From an uncultured Chitinophagaceae bacterium (lineage in GTDB: Bacteria; Bacteroidota; Bacteroidia; NS11-12g; UBA9320): a stretch of DNA of 64,000 nucleotides. The DNA lies in the NCBI GenBank assembly GCA_964647785.1, contig CAZYJD010000004.1:386-64385 (forward strand). The letters are read 5' to 3'. Position 1 is the stretch's first letter. Each line of letters begins with the position of its first letter. Position numbers and translations under genes: made by a program. Shown one piece after another: positions 16,781 to 26,362 of the stretch. Below the pieces are notes generated by a model. That model worked only from the letters and a program-made list of their open reading frames with translations. It had not been told where the DNA came from and did no database searches.

Positions 16781-17654
16781 AAATATCTTGCATGGAAGGA
16801 ATCAGCTCGCGGAAAGAGCGAACGAAATATTTATCGCCCAGTTTCTGCATCAATTGCATGGCATCTTGTTCGCTTCCCGGCTCAAAAATCAGTTTCATAT
16901 AGCCATCTTCCATCTGATGCTGTTCCAGTGCATCGGGCGTTTGCACCGACTCGTCCATTCTGACAATGGCTTCGTATCGGTGGGTGCGGAATTGTTCTTT
17001 TACTTCAGAAAGGCTCCCTTCGAGCTTTTTCTCAGCCTTAACAATGATGCCAATGTTATCGCAAAGTTCTTCCACACTTTCCATGCGATGGGTGCTGAAT
17101 ACAACGGTGCGTCCTTCCTTTTTAAGTCTGAGTATCTCTTCTTTGATTTGCTGTGTGTTCACGGGGTCGAAACCACTGAAAGGCTCATCGAGTATGATCA
17201 GCTGAGGTTCGTGCAACACAGTGATCACAAACTGAACCTTCTGCTGCATCCCTTTCGACAGTTCTTCAATTTTTTTGTTTTCCCAGCCCTGCATGCCAAA
17301 TCGATCGATCCATTCAGCAGCGCGTTTGCGGGCATCCGCAGTGGTGAATCCGCGCAATTCGGCAAAGTAGATCATCTGCTCCAGCACCTTCATTTTCTTG
17401 TACAATCCTCGTTCTTCAGGAAGGTATCCAATGTTCTTCAGGTGTTTTGACCCCAATTCTTCACCGCCCAGGGTCATTTTGCCTTCATCGGCAGCGGTTA
17501 TTTGGTTGATGATGCGGATCAGGGAGGTTTTACCTGCACCGTTCGGCCCCAATAAGCCAAAGATTTTCCCCTCGGGGATCTCAAAACTCACATTGTTCAG
17601 TGCGGTGTGACCCGCGTAATGTTTGCTAATGTGTTGTATGCTCAGGAAACTCAT
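16746..17654 (-). CDS. ABC transporter ATP-binding protein
   Basis: Walker A GLLGPNGAGKTS, ABC signature LSKGMQQKV, Walker B LIILDEP. The probable start is MSFLSIQHI at 17654. Confidence 0.8.
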   Translation of the reverse strand: MSFLSIQHISKHYAGHTALNNVSFEIPEGKIFGLLGPNGAGKTSLIRIINQITAADEGKMTLGGEELGSKHLKNIGYLPEERGLYKKMKVLEQMIYFAELRGFTTADARKRAAEWIDRFGMQGWENKKIEELSKGMQQKVQFVITVLHEPQLIILDEPFSGFDPVNTQQIKEEILRLKKEGRTVVFSTHRMESVEELCDNIGIIVKAEKKLEGSLSEVKEQFRTHRYEAIVRMDESVQTPDALEQHQMEDGYMKLIFEPGSEQDAMQLMQKLGDKYFVRSFRELIPSMQDIFVQLVQNHPHE

Positions 17655-17738
17655 GGTGATCAAGATGAAGGTCAAACTTCGTTCACTCCTCGCAAAAGAT
17701 TGCACATCATCGATGAACGAATCTTTATTTTTGAACAA

Positions 17739-18365
17739 ATGAAATGGAAGTCTGGATTTTTGGTGCTGCTGGTTTTGTTCGGTTTTTGGTCGTGTGAAGA
17801 TCGCGATGCGTGGCGGATGACGGAAGAAGAAGTGGTGGAGTTGAGCACTTCATACGGAACAATCTACATCTGGTTGTACAAGGAAACCCCTTTGCACCGG
17901 GAGAATTTTTTAAAACTGGCCCATTCCGGTTTTTATGACAGCACCGAATTTCACCATGTTTTCCAATCGTATTACATGCAAGGGGGAGACCCCAATTCAA
18001 AAGACAGCATCCGCAGCAACGACGGAGAAGGTGGTCCTCCATGGGATTTGGACGAAGAGATTGATAGTTCCCGCTTTAGGCATGTGTACGGGGCCATTGG
18101 TGCATACCGGCTGGATGATGCCGTGAATCCCAGGAGAAATTCGCACGGCTCGCAGTTTTACATCGTATGCGATCCTGCAGGAGCCCACTTCCTCGATGGC
18201 AAAAACACCGTATTTGGCAGGGTGCTGGGAAGCATGGCCATGGCCGATAGCATTAGGAAAACACCTTTAGTGGGAGAACAGCCCATCGAACGCATTCCTA
18301 TGAAAATAAAGGTGGTACGCTGGAGAAGGCACTGGCTGGAAGATTATGCCGGAGTAACTTTTTAA
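17739..18365 (+). CDS. cyclophilin-type peptidyl-prolyl cis-trans isomerase lipoprotein
   Basis: Blocks GFYDSTEFHHVF..YMQGGDP, GSQFYIV and LDGKNTVFGRV match the cyclophilin fold. Lipoprotein signal MKWKSGFLVLLVLFGFWSC. Confidence 0.8.
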   Translation: MKWKSGFLVLLVLFGFWSCEDRDAWRMTEEEVVELSTSYGTIYIWLYKETPLHRENFLKLAHSGFYDSTEFHHVFQSYYMQGGDPNSKDSIRSNDGEGGPPWDLDEEIDSSRFRHVYGAIGAYRLDDAVNPRRNSHGSQFYIVCDPAGAHFLDGKNTVFGRVLGSMAMADSIRKTPLVGEQPIERIPMKIKVVRWRRHWLEDYAGVTF

Positions 18366-18372
18366 TGATCCA

Positions 18373-19062
18373 ATGGAAGTGAGTTATAAATCCATACGAG
18401 AGTGGGCGGATGATGATCGCCCCAGAGAGAAATTTCTCGCCAAAGGAAAAGAAAGTTTGAGCAATGCCGAATTGCTGGCCATCATGCTCGGTACAGGGCA
18501 CAAACAGAAAAGTGCGGTTGACCTGGGCCGTGATGTTCTTCAATTGGCCAACAATGAACTCGATCGTTTGGCCGAGCTTGATGCAGCAGCCCTTTGCCGT
18601 TTGCCGGGCATGGGAAATGCCAAGGCCGTGACCGTGCTCGCTGCTATTGAATTGGGAAGAAGGTGCAAGCAGGGCAAAATTCAAAGGCGGGTGATCCAAT
18701 CGGCACGCGATGCCTATGAGTACCTCGCACCAATCATGGAAGACCTCTCATTTGAAGAGTTTAGAATTTTATTGCTCGACAATGGCAATGGCATCATACG
18801 CGATGTGAAAATCAGTGATGGAGGTTCCAGCGGCACCCTGACCGATCCGAGGAAAATATTCAGCCTTGCCCTGCAGGAAAATGCCAAGAGAATCATTCTT
18901 TGCCACAACCATCCTTCAGGGGCCCGCTATCCCAGTCAGGCCGATATCAATATCACCAAAAAACTCAGCGAGGGCGGGAAACTGCTGGAAATTGCCATAC
19001 TCGATCACATCATCATTGGTCGGGGAGGCTACTACAGCTTCGCCGATGAAGGAAAGCTTTAA
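18373..19062 (+). CDS. radC: RadC-family JAB-domain protein
   Basis: Contains LSNAELLAIML.TG and the JAMM block ILCHNHPSG..YPSQADI. Confidence 0.8.
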   Translation: MEVSYKSIREWADDDRPREKFLAKGKESLSNAELLAIMLGTGHKQKSAVDLGRDVLQLANNELDRLAELDAAALCRLPGMGNAKAVTVLAAIELGRRCKQGKIQRRVIQSARDAYEYLAPIMEDLSFEEFRILLLDNGNGIIRDVKISDGGSSGTLTDPRKIFSLALQENAKRIILCHNHPSGARYPSQADINITKKLSEGGKLLEIAILDHIIIGRGGYYSFADEGKL

Positions 19063-22058
19063 AACAACTTCAACTCCTTGTACAATTCGAAAGGATTGAG
19101 CCGGTTGAGATCCAAACGGAATGTGATGCGCTCGCCAAAGGTGTCGATGCCATTGATCAATTGAATCCGCTCGATGCCTGCACTGCGCACCAAAGGAAAA
19201 TAAACCTCCAGGCGTTCATCCCAAATGCTGATGAGAAAGCCCCCATTGAAGAAAAATGGCTCCTCGTAAAAGTTCTGCATATCGTTCCAGCTTGCGGCAT
19301 CGGCATACAACTGAAGCGGAATCTTGCCGGGCAGGGTGCTGCGCAGATTGATGGACCACATCCACTGATCAGCATTGCCCGGATTGCCTCTAAATTTCGC
19401 AAAGTCTTCCATGTACAACACCTGCCGGCCCCATAATCCATCGCGCATGCCCCTGCCGGGGGTGGAATGTTCAAATAAGTAATCGTAGGTGCCATTGTTC
19501 ATTCCGGCCCTGAACTGGTAAAGGCCATCTGCTGTTTGAACAGGCATCCATCCTGCAAAAAGGCGTGTTTGCAATCCCTTGTTCTTTTCCTTGTAGCTGA
19601 AGGTGTAGCGCATGTGTCCGCTCAGTTTTACAAAATCGTCGTTTTTTACTTTGCCAACCTCCATATTGATTCGGGCATCCCATGGGTTTTGCAGGCGACT
19701 GTTTTTCCAAATGTGCTCCAGATTGAAGATTTCAGCGCCAGCGCGAACCCCCGTAAATGCATCGCTCATATTGCTGATTTTAGCAAACTGAGTGTTGCGA
19801 TAATTGAATACAGTGTGTTGGGTAAGGCTGCTTCTGATTCCGGCTCCGCGGTATCGCAAAATGAGCTGAGGGTGCAGCATGCTGTATTGCTGCCGGTCGT
19901 TGAACTGCCGGAATGCAAAAGATGAAGCATTCAGGTGTATTTCGGCGCGTTTGATGCCTGAACGCCTGAAAGCTTGATACCAGCTCAGTTTGCCATAGCC
20001 ATTCAGGTTTTGGGTATGAAAGCTGTAAAGGGGCATGAGACGGTATTGCCAGCGCTGCTGAGGTACACCGCGGTTGTGAAGCAATAGACCGGCCATATTT
20101 CGATTCGTAGCGTTCCAAGCGTAAATGGGCAACCAGTAAATTTGCGTGCGTTCATTCCGTTTGAGGAATACCAATGGGGTCAATTTCAGGGGCTCCACTT
20201 TTTTCAGCAGGCCTTTGGTTTTGATTTGATTGTTAGACAGGCGGTAATCGAGCCATTTATGCTGGTCGTTCAACTCAATCCGTAATTTTTTATTGGGCAG
20301 GCTGCTCAGCAAACTGATGTTTTGTTCTTTTTCACCTGAGCTTTCAAACCATTGGCGAAGCAGCAATTTTTTTCCGTCGTAAATGCTCAAGCTGAATGGA
20401 GCTTCTGAGGCCGTGCGGTTTCCTATTTTCAGTTGAATGTTCGCGCTGCTGTCATCTGTTCGCTGTAAATCCAATTCTTTAATGGAGTAATCATAGGCTT
20501 CATAGGTGGCAATCCACTCCTTGAAAAACCAGGAGAGATCTTTCCCGCTTCGGGTTTCAAATGCTTTTTGCATATCGCCCGGCAGGGGGTGTTTAAAGCG
20601 CCATTGCCTGAAATAATGCTGCATGCACTGACGAAACACATCTTCTCCAAGGTAATCCTGCAGAATTTCGAACAGCCATGCTCCTTTGCCATAAATGTAC
20701 GTGCCGTAGTGGTTCCAGCTGAACTCCTCGGAAGGATCGCCTATGGCCTGTCCTTCGAGAAGCACATCTTTGTCAGCTGCCATGATTTTCGTGGCCAGGG
20801 CCGTTAAACCATCGCCGGATCCTCCTTCGCGCATTTGGTTCAGACATTGATTTTCTACAAAACTGTTGATGCTTTCATCCATCCATGCGTAGCGGCGTTC
20901 ATTCGTGCCGAGCATTCCCTGAAACCAATTGTGCCCCACCTCATGAACAATAACCTCATCATTCATCACATCACAGACGGTGATCATGGGGTACTCCATT
21001 CCCCCACCCGCTTTCAGTGCCCCTTTCACAACAGTGCAATGGGGATAGGGGTATTTGCCCACTTCCCGGCTGTAGTATTGCAGGGCCGAGGCGATGCTTT
21101 CGGTGAAGTTGATTTTCCTCGGTTCATCACAACCGAACACCCAGGTTTCAATGCTGTCGCCATCCGCATCATAGGTAACATCGCGTACCAGGTTGTAATT
21201 GCATGAAGCAAACCAGGCAAAGTCGTGCACATTTTCCTGTTCAAAAACCACCGTTTTGTATTTTTTGGAAGGTGGAATCAGTTCATCAGGCTTCTGAAGG
21301 GGATGTTGCATTCGATCTTGGCGGTATGCCATTTCTTCAGCACTCAACAATTTGCCGGTAGCCGCAACCAGCATGTTCTCAGGCAACTCCAGTTCTACGC
21401 GGTAGTGGCCAAAGTCGGCATAGAATTCTCCCTGATCAAGATAAGGCATGGCGTGCCAGCCGTTGGTATCATAAACCGCGGCTTTTGGGAACCACTGGGT
21501 CATTTGCCAGGTACCTTTGCCATAACCCATACGCGAGAAAACATCGGGCACCCTTAGCCTGAATGAAGTTATTAAACGCAGTTTTTCTCCCGGCAGGAGG
21601 GGGCCGGCCAGGCTGAGTTCAGTGATTTCGCCTTCCTCCAGCTCCACCACTGAGGTGATCCAGTTCTTATTCATTTCCCAATTGGTGCTGTCGAGATAAC
21701 CTCTTTGCTCTTTGGTCGCATATTGAAATTCGGTTTTACCGTTTTCTAAAATTTGCTTTGCAAAGGCGGTTTTGGTGCTTCGGTATGCATTGGGCCATTG
21801 ATGGATGTACAGCTTGTAAAGGGTGTCGGGCGAGTGGTTGATGTATTCCATTTGGAGTTGCGCCCTGAGCATCCTTTCTGATGGAAACAGCTTTGCTTTG
21901 ATGTGATAATTCACTTCCTGTTGCCAGCTTGCCTGACGGATGGATTGTGCCAGTACAGGCTGAAAACATAGCATGCAGAAAGCCAGACAAATAAGGTACC
22001 TTTGCAAAAGGTAGCTGGATAACTTGTGGGAAAACCGATTGTTCATATTGATCTTCAA
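19059..22058 (-). CDS. secreted M1-family zinc metallopeptidase with a large C-terminal domain
   Basis: Signal peptide present; GGMEYP (GAMEN-like) and HEVGHNWF followed by WMDE (the HExxH-x18-E motif). Confidence 0.6.
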   Translation of the reverse strand: MKINMNNRFSHKLSSYLLQRYLICLAFCMLCFQPVLAQSIRQASWQQEVNYHIKAKLFPSERMLRAQLQMEYINHSPDTLYKLYIHQWPNAYRSTKTAFAKQILENGKTEFQYATKEQRGYLDSTNWEMNKNWITSVVELEEGEITELSLAGPLLPGEKLRLITSFRLRVPDVFSRMGYGKGTWQMTQWFPKAAVYDTNGWHAMPYLDQGEFYADFGHYRVELELPENMLVAATGKLLSAEEMAYRQDRMQHPLQKPDELIPPSKKYKTVVFEQENVHDFAWFASCNYNLVRDVTYDADGDSIETWVFGCDEPRKINFTESIASALQYYSREVGKYPYPHCTVVKGALKAGGGMEYPMITVCDVMNDEVIVHEVGHNWFQGMLGTNERRYAWMDESINSFVENQCLNQMREGGSGDGLTALATKIMAADKDVLLEGQAIGDPSEEFSWNHYGTYIYGKGAWLFEILQDYLGEDVFRQCMQHYFRQWRFKHPLPGDMQKAFETRSGKDLSWFFKEWIATYEAYDYSIKELDLQRTDDSSANIQLKIGNRTASEAPFSLSIYDGKKLLLRQWFESSGEKEQNISLLSSLPNKKLRIELNDQHKWLDYRLSNNQIKTKGLLKKVEPLKLTPLVFLKRNERTQIYWLPIYAWNATNRNMAGLLLHNRGVPQQRWQYRLMPLYSFHTQNLNGYGKLSWYQAFRRSGIKRAEIHLNASSFAFRQFNDRQQYSMLHPQLILRYRGAGIRSSLTQHTVFNYRNTQFAKISNMSDAFTGVRAGAEIFNLEHIWKNSRLQNPWDARINMEVGKVKNDDFVKLSGHMRYTFSYKEKNKGLQTRLFAGWMPVQTADGLYQFRAGMNNGTYDYLFEHSTPGRGMRDGLWGRQVLYMEDFAKFRGNPGNADQWMWSINLRSTLPGKIPLQLYADAASWNDMQNFYEEPFFFNGGFLISIWDERLEVYFPLVRSAGIERIQLINGIDTFGERITFRLDLNRLNPFELYKELKLF

Positions 22059-22110
22059 TAATAATGGAATGAAAGGGGATTCTTAAGTTTGAGAAGCATA
22101 ACATCTGCGA

Positions 22111-23532
22111 ATGGAAGAAGAAGATTTTTTGGACAATGATATGAGTGCTTCTGCCCGGCGTTTTGAAGAGATGTTCGAGGCCGGTGGGGAGATTTATATG
22201 GACTCGGAAGAGCTCGAAGATCTGTCGGAGTATTACATGAACCGCAGGGATTTTCGGATGGCCTTGCGCGTGATACAATCGGGCATTGATAAATTTCCCT
22301 TTGAAAGCGTGTTCAAGTTGCTGAAGGCAGAAGTGCTGTTTACTACAGCCAATTTCAGGCCTGCACTGGAGATTCTGGATGACATACTCCTGTATGAACC
22401 CCTGAATACCGAGGCGCTTCAAATCAAGGCAGATGTGTTGATGTCTCTGGGCTACTATAGCGAGGCCAAAGCCTGCTTGCAGACTTGTTTGCCTTTTGCA
22501 GAAGATACCGCTGCCGTCAAAGCATCCCTTTATCGCTGCCTGTTGCTTTCAGAACAGGAGGACGAAAATGAATCGCTGAATTTCGCCAAGCAAATTTTTG
22601 ACACCGATGCCAGGGAGCATGAATTGATCTTCAATGAATTTACTTTTTTGTTCAGCAATCCTGAGTTGGAAGGTAAATCCATGGTGTTTTATGAGTGGTA
22701 CACCAATGAATACCCAGAGAAGGCTGCCGGCTGGATGGGTTTGGCAAGGGCTGCTTCCAATATGGGCGACCACCTGAAGTGCATCACAGCCTGCGATTAT
22801 GCCACCGTGCTCGACCGTGAAGAGAGCGCGGCTTACTTTCTGCGCGCGCAATCTTGCATCGAGCTCAATAATTTCGAACAGGCCATAGAAGATTTGCTGG
22901 CGGTGATTGAGCGCGATGGCGAAGATGACTTTTTGTATTGCCGCCTGGCAGCCTGTTATCTCGAACAGGAAGAATTGGCTGAGGCGCGTAAGGCCTACCG
23001 CAAAGCCCTAAAGATTGATGCTGAATCACATGAGGCATGGTATGGTCTTTCGATCTGTTACAAACAGGAAGACAAATTTAAAGAAGCCCTGCATTACATC
23101 AACAAGGCCATTAGCCTAGAGCCCGACATGCCCGATTACCAGATGGATAAGGCAGAAATACTCATTGGCATGGGCCAATTTGAAGATGCATTGGAGATCT
23201 ATCAATTGCTCACGGAAGAATCGCCGGCTGATGAAGAGGTGTGGCTGAACATGGCAACGGTTTATGCCGAAACCGATCACTATGCCGAAGCCCTCGGCTG
23301 CCTTTATGAGGCACTGGAATATTGCCCCGAAACAGCGGCCATTTGCTACCGTTTGGCATCCTACCATTTCATCATGGGCGATAGCCTCGAAGGCATTGAG
23401 TACTTGGAGAAAGCACTGGGACAAAAGTTTGACGATCACTTTCTGCTATTTTTGCACGCGCCGGAGCTCCAAAACGTTGGAACCATCTGGGAAATCATAG
23501 ATGTATACAGAAACGAGAACAGCCAAACATGA
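22111..23532 (+). CDS. tetratricopeptide-repeat protein
   Basis: Repeated 34-aa TPR-like units (AxxxYxxAL...) run through the sequence. Confidence 0.55.
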   Translation: MEEEDFLDNDMSASARRFEEMFEAGGEIYMDSEELEDLSEYYMNRRDFRMALRVIQSGIDKFPFESVFKLLKAEVLFTTANFRPALEILDDILLYEPLNTEALQIKADVLMSLGYYSEAKACLQTCLPFAEDTAAVKASLYRCLLLSEQEDENESLNFAKQIFDTDAREHELIFNEFTFLFSNPELEGKSMVFYEWYTNEYPEKAAGWMGLARAASNMGDHLKCITACDYATVLDREESAAYFLRAQSCIELNNFEQAIEDLLAVIERDGEDDFLYCRLAACYLEQEELAEARKAYRKALKIDAESHEAWYGLSICYKQEDKFKEALHYINKAISLEPDMPDYQMDKAEILIGMGQFEDALEIYQLLTEESPADEEVWLNMATVYAETDHYAEALGCLYEALEYCPETAAICYRLASYHFIMGDSLEGIEYLEKALGQKFDDHFLLFLHAPELQNVGTIWEIIDVYRNENSQT

Positions 23533-24284
23533 ATTTTGAACTGAGCAATCTTCCCGAAAGAACTTCCAAGCCACGCAACAGTGGCATCACCATGGTCATG
23601 GACAAGGGCTTGAGCCTGAGAGAAGTGGAAGACTTTCTTTCCGTAAGCGCAGACTATACCGATATTGTAAAACTGGGATTCGGCACCTCTTTTGTCACCC
23701 CAAAACTCGAGGAAAAATTAAGCCTTTACCGCTCTGCAGGTATTCCTGTTTATTTTGGAGGAACCCTCTTTGAAGCTTTTATCATCAGAAATCAATTTGA
23801 AGATTATCTGCGTTTGCTCGATCGATATTCTCTAACCCATGCAGAAGTTTCTGATGGCTCCATTGAGATTCATGAGGATGAAAAATGCGAGTACATTCGA
23901 CGCCTTGCCCAGCAAGTAACGGTGTTGTCGGAAGTGGGCTCGAAGGATGCAGAAAAAATCATCCCGCCTTATAAGTGGATTGCCATGATGGAGGCTGAAA
24001 TACAAGCAGGTGTATGGAAGGTGATTGCCGAAGCCAGAGAGAGTGGCACTGTAGGTATTTTCCGCGGCACCGGCGAGGTGCGTTCGGGATTGGTGGAGGA
24101 AATTCTCACCCGCATACCTCAGGAAACCATTTTATGGGAAGCCCCTCAAAAAAGTCAGCAGGTTTGGTTCATTAAATTGTACGGCACCAATGTGAACCTC
24201 GGTAACATTGCCCCCAGAGAGGTGATTCCACTGGAAACACTTCGTGTGGGCCTCCGCGGAGACAGTTTCCATTTCTTTCTCTGA
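23529..24284 (+). CDS. comA: (2R)-phospho-3-sulfolactate synthase (ComA family)
   Basis: Full-length similarity to ComA/YitD: LPERTSKPR..G.TMV.DKG, FGGTLFE, LSEVGSKDAE, ARESGT.GI, GPNVNLGNI. Confidence 0.7.
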   Translation: MNFELSNLPERTSKPRNSGITMVMDKGLSLREVEDFLSVSADYTDIVKLGFGTSFVTPKLEEKLSLYRSAGIPVYFGGTLFEAFIIRNQFEDYLRLLDRYSLTHAEVSDGSIEIHEDEKCEYIRRLAQQVTVLSEVGSKDAEKIIPPYKWIAMMEAEIQAGVWKVIAEARESGTVGIFRGTGEVRSGLVEEILTRIPQETILWEAPQKSQQVWFIKLYGTNVNLGNIAPREVIPLETLRVGLRGDSFHFFL

Positions 24285-24707
24285 TCAGGTTTTTAGCCTG
24301 CGAACGATATTTAATTCAAGGGGGATGGTTTCGTCGCTCTGCTCTCTTTTTGAAACCAAGTAGTAAATGATGTAGGTTTGGTTGTTGGTCACATCAAACT
24401 CGTACATGAAACTATCGTCAGAACTTTCGGTATGGTATTCAACCACTGGCTTCATCTGCAGGTCCAAAATTCTTAGGTCAATTTTGGCTCCTTTCAAGCC
24501 ATGGTTCAGGTTGATCACGTAATCATAGCCTTTTTCAATGGGGAACTCAAACTGATACAGTTGTCCGTCAAGAGCCGCGAGCTTTTGATTTTTTACATAC
24601 GTCCACTGCACATTTGGATTGATTTCTTTGATCTGTGCATTCACCCCCAAGGGCAAAAACAGAACAAGGGCCACGAAAATCCTAAAAAAGTTTACTTGCA
24701 TAGTCAT
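24285..24707 (-). CDS. hypothetical secreted protein
   Basis: Signal peptide MTMQVNFFRIFVALVLFLPLGVNAQ; no recognisable motif. Confidence 0.4.
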   Translation of the reverse strand: MTMQVNFFRIFVALVLFLPLGVNAQIKEINPNVQWTYVKNQKLAALDGQLYQFEFPIEKGYDYVINLNHGLKGAKIDLRILDLQMKPVVEYHTESSDDSFMYEFDVTNNQTYIIYYLVSKREQSDETIPLELNIVRRLKT

Positions 24708-24733
24708 AGAACGTTTCAGTTGCAGTCTTGTTG

Positions 24734-25699
24734 TTAACCTTCATCCGATTTGAACACATTGCGGTAAACCCATTTTTTCCCCCAGTTATCCAATTCTTCG
24801 GCGGTCCATAATTCGGGATAGAAAATACGTTTCTGGAATCGGGGCGGCAGGTATTTCTGCCAATTCGTACCACCGGTAGCTGCAATATCTTCCGGGTCGC
24901 GTGCCAGGTAGCGAACAGCTGTTTTGTAATGGGCAAGGGGCCAGTTCACATTCACGTTTAAATCAAGTGCCTGTAGTGCCTGTTCAATTTCGGCGTCTTT
25001 TTGCCCCAATTGTTGGTACTTATCCCAAAGGGTTTTCCCTTGCAAATCTTTGGCTGTTTCCAGAAAAGAGGTGTTGTATTTCTGCTCAAACATCTCCAAG
25101 GTGAGCGTTTTTTTGCCGCTGGCCAATTCGGTGGCTCCGGCTTGCCAATAGATGTAGTTGAACATCTCTGCGATGTCTGATGACGCATCGAATTGATGGC
25201 GGTGATCTTTGTCCACCAAACGGATAAACGGGGTGGCATAGATCTCCACAATGCGGTATTGGGCACTTTGAAACCCACTGGCGGGAAGCAGGGCCATGCG
25301 GAATTGGAGAAATTGCTCGGGTTCCATCCCTTCCGACATGATGTCGAAACTCTGCGTAAGGGCATCGAAATACCGGTTGATGCGCAGAATCCTCATTTTT
25401 AGCTCCGCTGCATCCACTGCCCGATCGGTGCAGATTTGCTTTTGTTCATGCAAGATCATGCGGAAGTAAAGCTCCGTAATCTGATGGTAGATGATGAAGA
25501 TGAGTTCATCCGGGAAAGCGGTCTTCGGTTTCTGCAAGGTAAGCAGGGTGTCGAGGTGAATGTAATCCCAGTAAGGGGTGTATTCCGTGTACAGCAATCC
25601 TTCGAGATAGGAGCTCAAATCCTGGCCCGAAAGCGCGTATTTGTCTTTCAGTTTTTCTACCAGTTCTGCGATTTCGGGTTGTAGTATTTGCTTGTTCAT
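24734..25699 (-). CDS. kynA: tryptophan 2,3-dioxygenase
   Basis: The TPYWDYIHLDTLLTLQ block and overall length match the TDO family. Confidence 0.7.
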   Translation of the reverse strand: MNKQILQPEIAELVEKLKDKYALSGQDLSSYLEGLLYTEYTPYWDYIHLDTLLTLQKPKTAFPDELIFIIYHQITELYFRMILHEQKQICTDRAVDAAELKMRILRINRYFDALTQSFDIMSEGMEPEQFLQFRMALLPASGFQSAQYRIVEIYATPFIRLVDKDHRHQFDASSDIAEMFNYIYWQAGATELASGKKTLTLEMFEQKYNTSFLETAKDLQGKTLWDKYQQLGQKDAEIEQALQALDLNVNVNWPLAHYKTAVRYLARDPEDIAATGGTNWQKYLPPRFQKRIFYPELWTAEELDNWGKKWVYRNVFKSDEG

Positions 25700-25702
25700 G
25701 CG

Positions 25703-26248
25703 TTAAAACGGACTTTGAAATTGTTCGAAGGAGGGATAATTGAGGTCTTTGGCTGAGAGTAGAGGGTTATCAAAACCCCAGTCAATTCCCAATGCTGGGT
25801 CGTTCCACATCAGTCCGCCTTCAGAAGCTTTGTTGTACACCTCGGTGCATTTGTACAAAAAGAGGGTGTTGTCTTCCAGGGTCACAAAGCCATGGGCAAA
25901 TCCCGGAGGCACCCATAACATTCGAAAATTTTCCTCGCTGAGTTCAATGCTGAAGTGTTTGCCGTAAGAGGGTGAAGCTTTTCGGATGTCTACAATCACA
26001 TCCAGCACACGCCCGCTCACCACCCGCACCAGCTTGCCTTGCGCATGGGGAGGCGATTGAAAATGTAGGCCGCGCAACACCCCTTTAGAAGATTTACTCT
26101 GATTGTCTTGCCTGAAACGGATGGGCAGCGAAGCCAGCGAAAAGGCAATTTCATTGTAACTTTCGTAAAAATATCCCCTTGAATCACCAAACACCTGAGG
26201 TTCAATGATCAAAGGGCCTTCGATATGGGGGAGCTTCTCGATCTTCAC
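25703..26248 (-). CDS. rfbC: dTDP-4-dehydrorhamnose 3,5-epimerase
   Basis: Cupin-fold RmlC blocks: F.DSRGYF.E, GLHFQ, KLVRVV.G...DV.VD.R, WVPPGFAHGF. Confidence 0.8.
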   Translation of the reverse strand: MKIEKLPHIEGPLIIEPQVFGDSRGYFYESYNEIAFSLASLPIRFRQDNQSKSSKGVLRGLHFQSPPHAQGKLVRVVSGRVLDVIVDIRKASPSYGKHFSIELSEENFRMLWVPPGFAHGFVTLEDNTLFLYKCTEVYNKASEGGLMWNDPALGIDWGFDNPLLSAKDLNYPSFEQFQSPF

Positions 26249-26362
26249 TGCACTAAATTTTCAGAGCTGACAAATTTGGTAAAACTTTGCAGAATCTGTG
26301 AATTAAAGGAGGATGATAATTCCCCGATTTTCCCAACCTCCTTGCTAATTTTGACGAGATTA

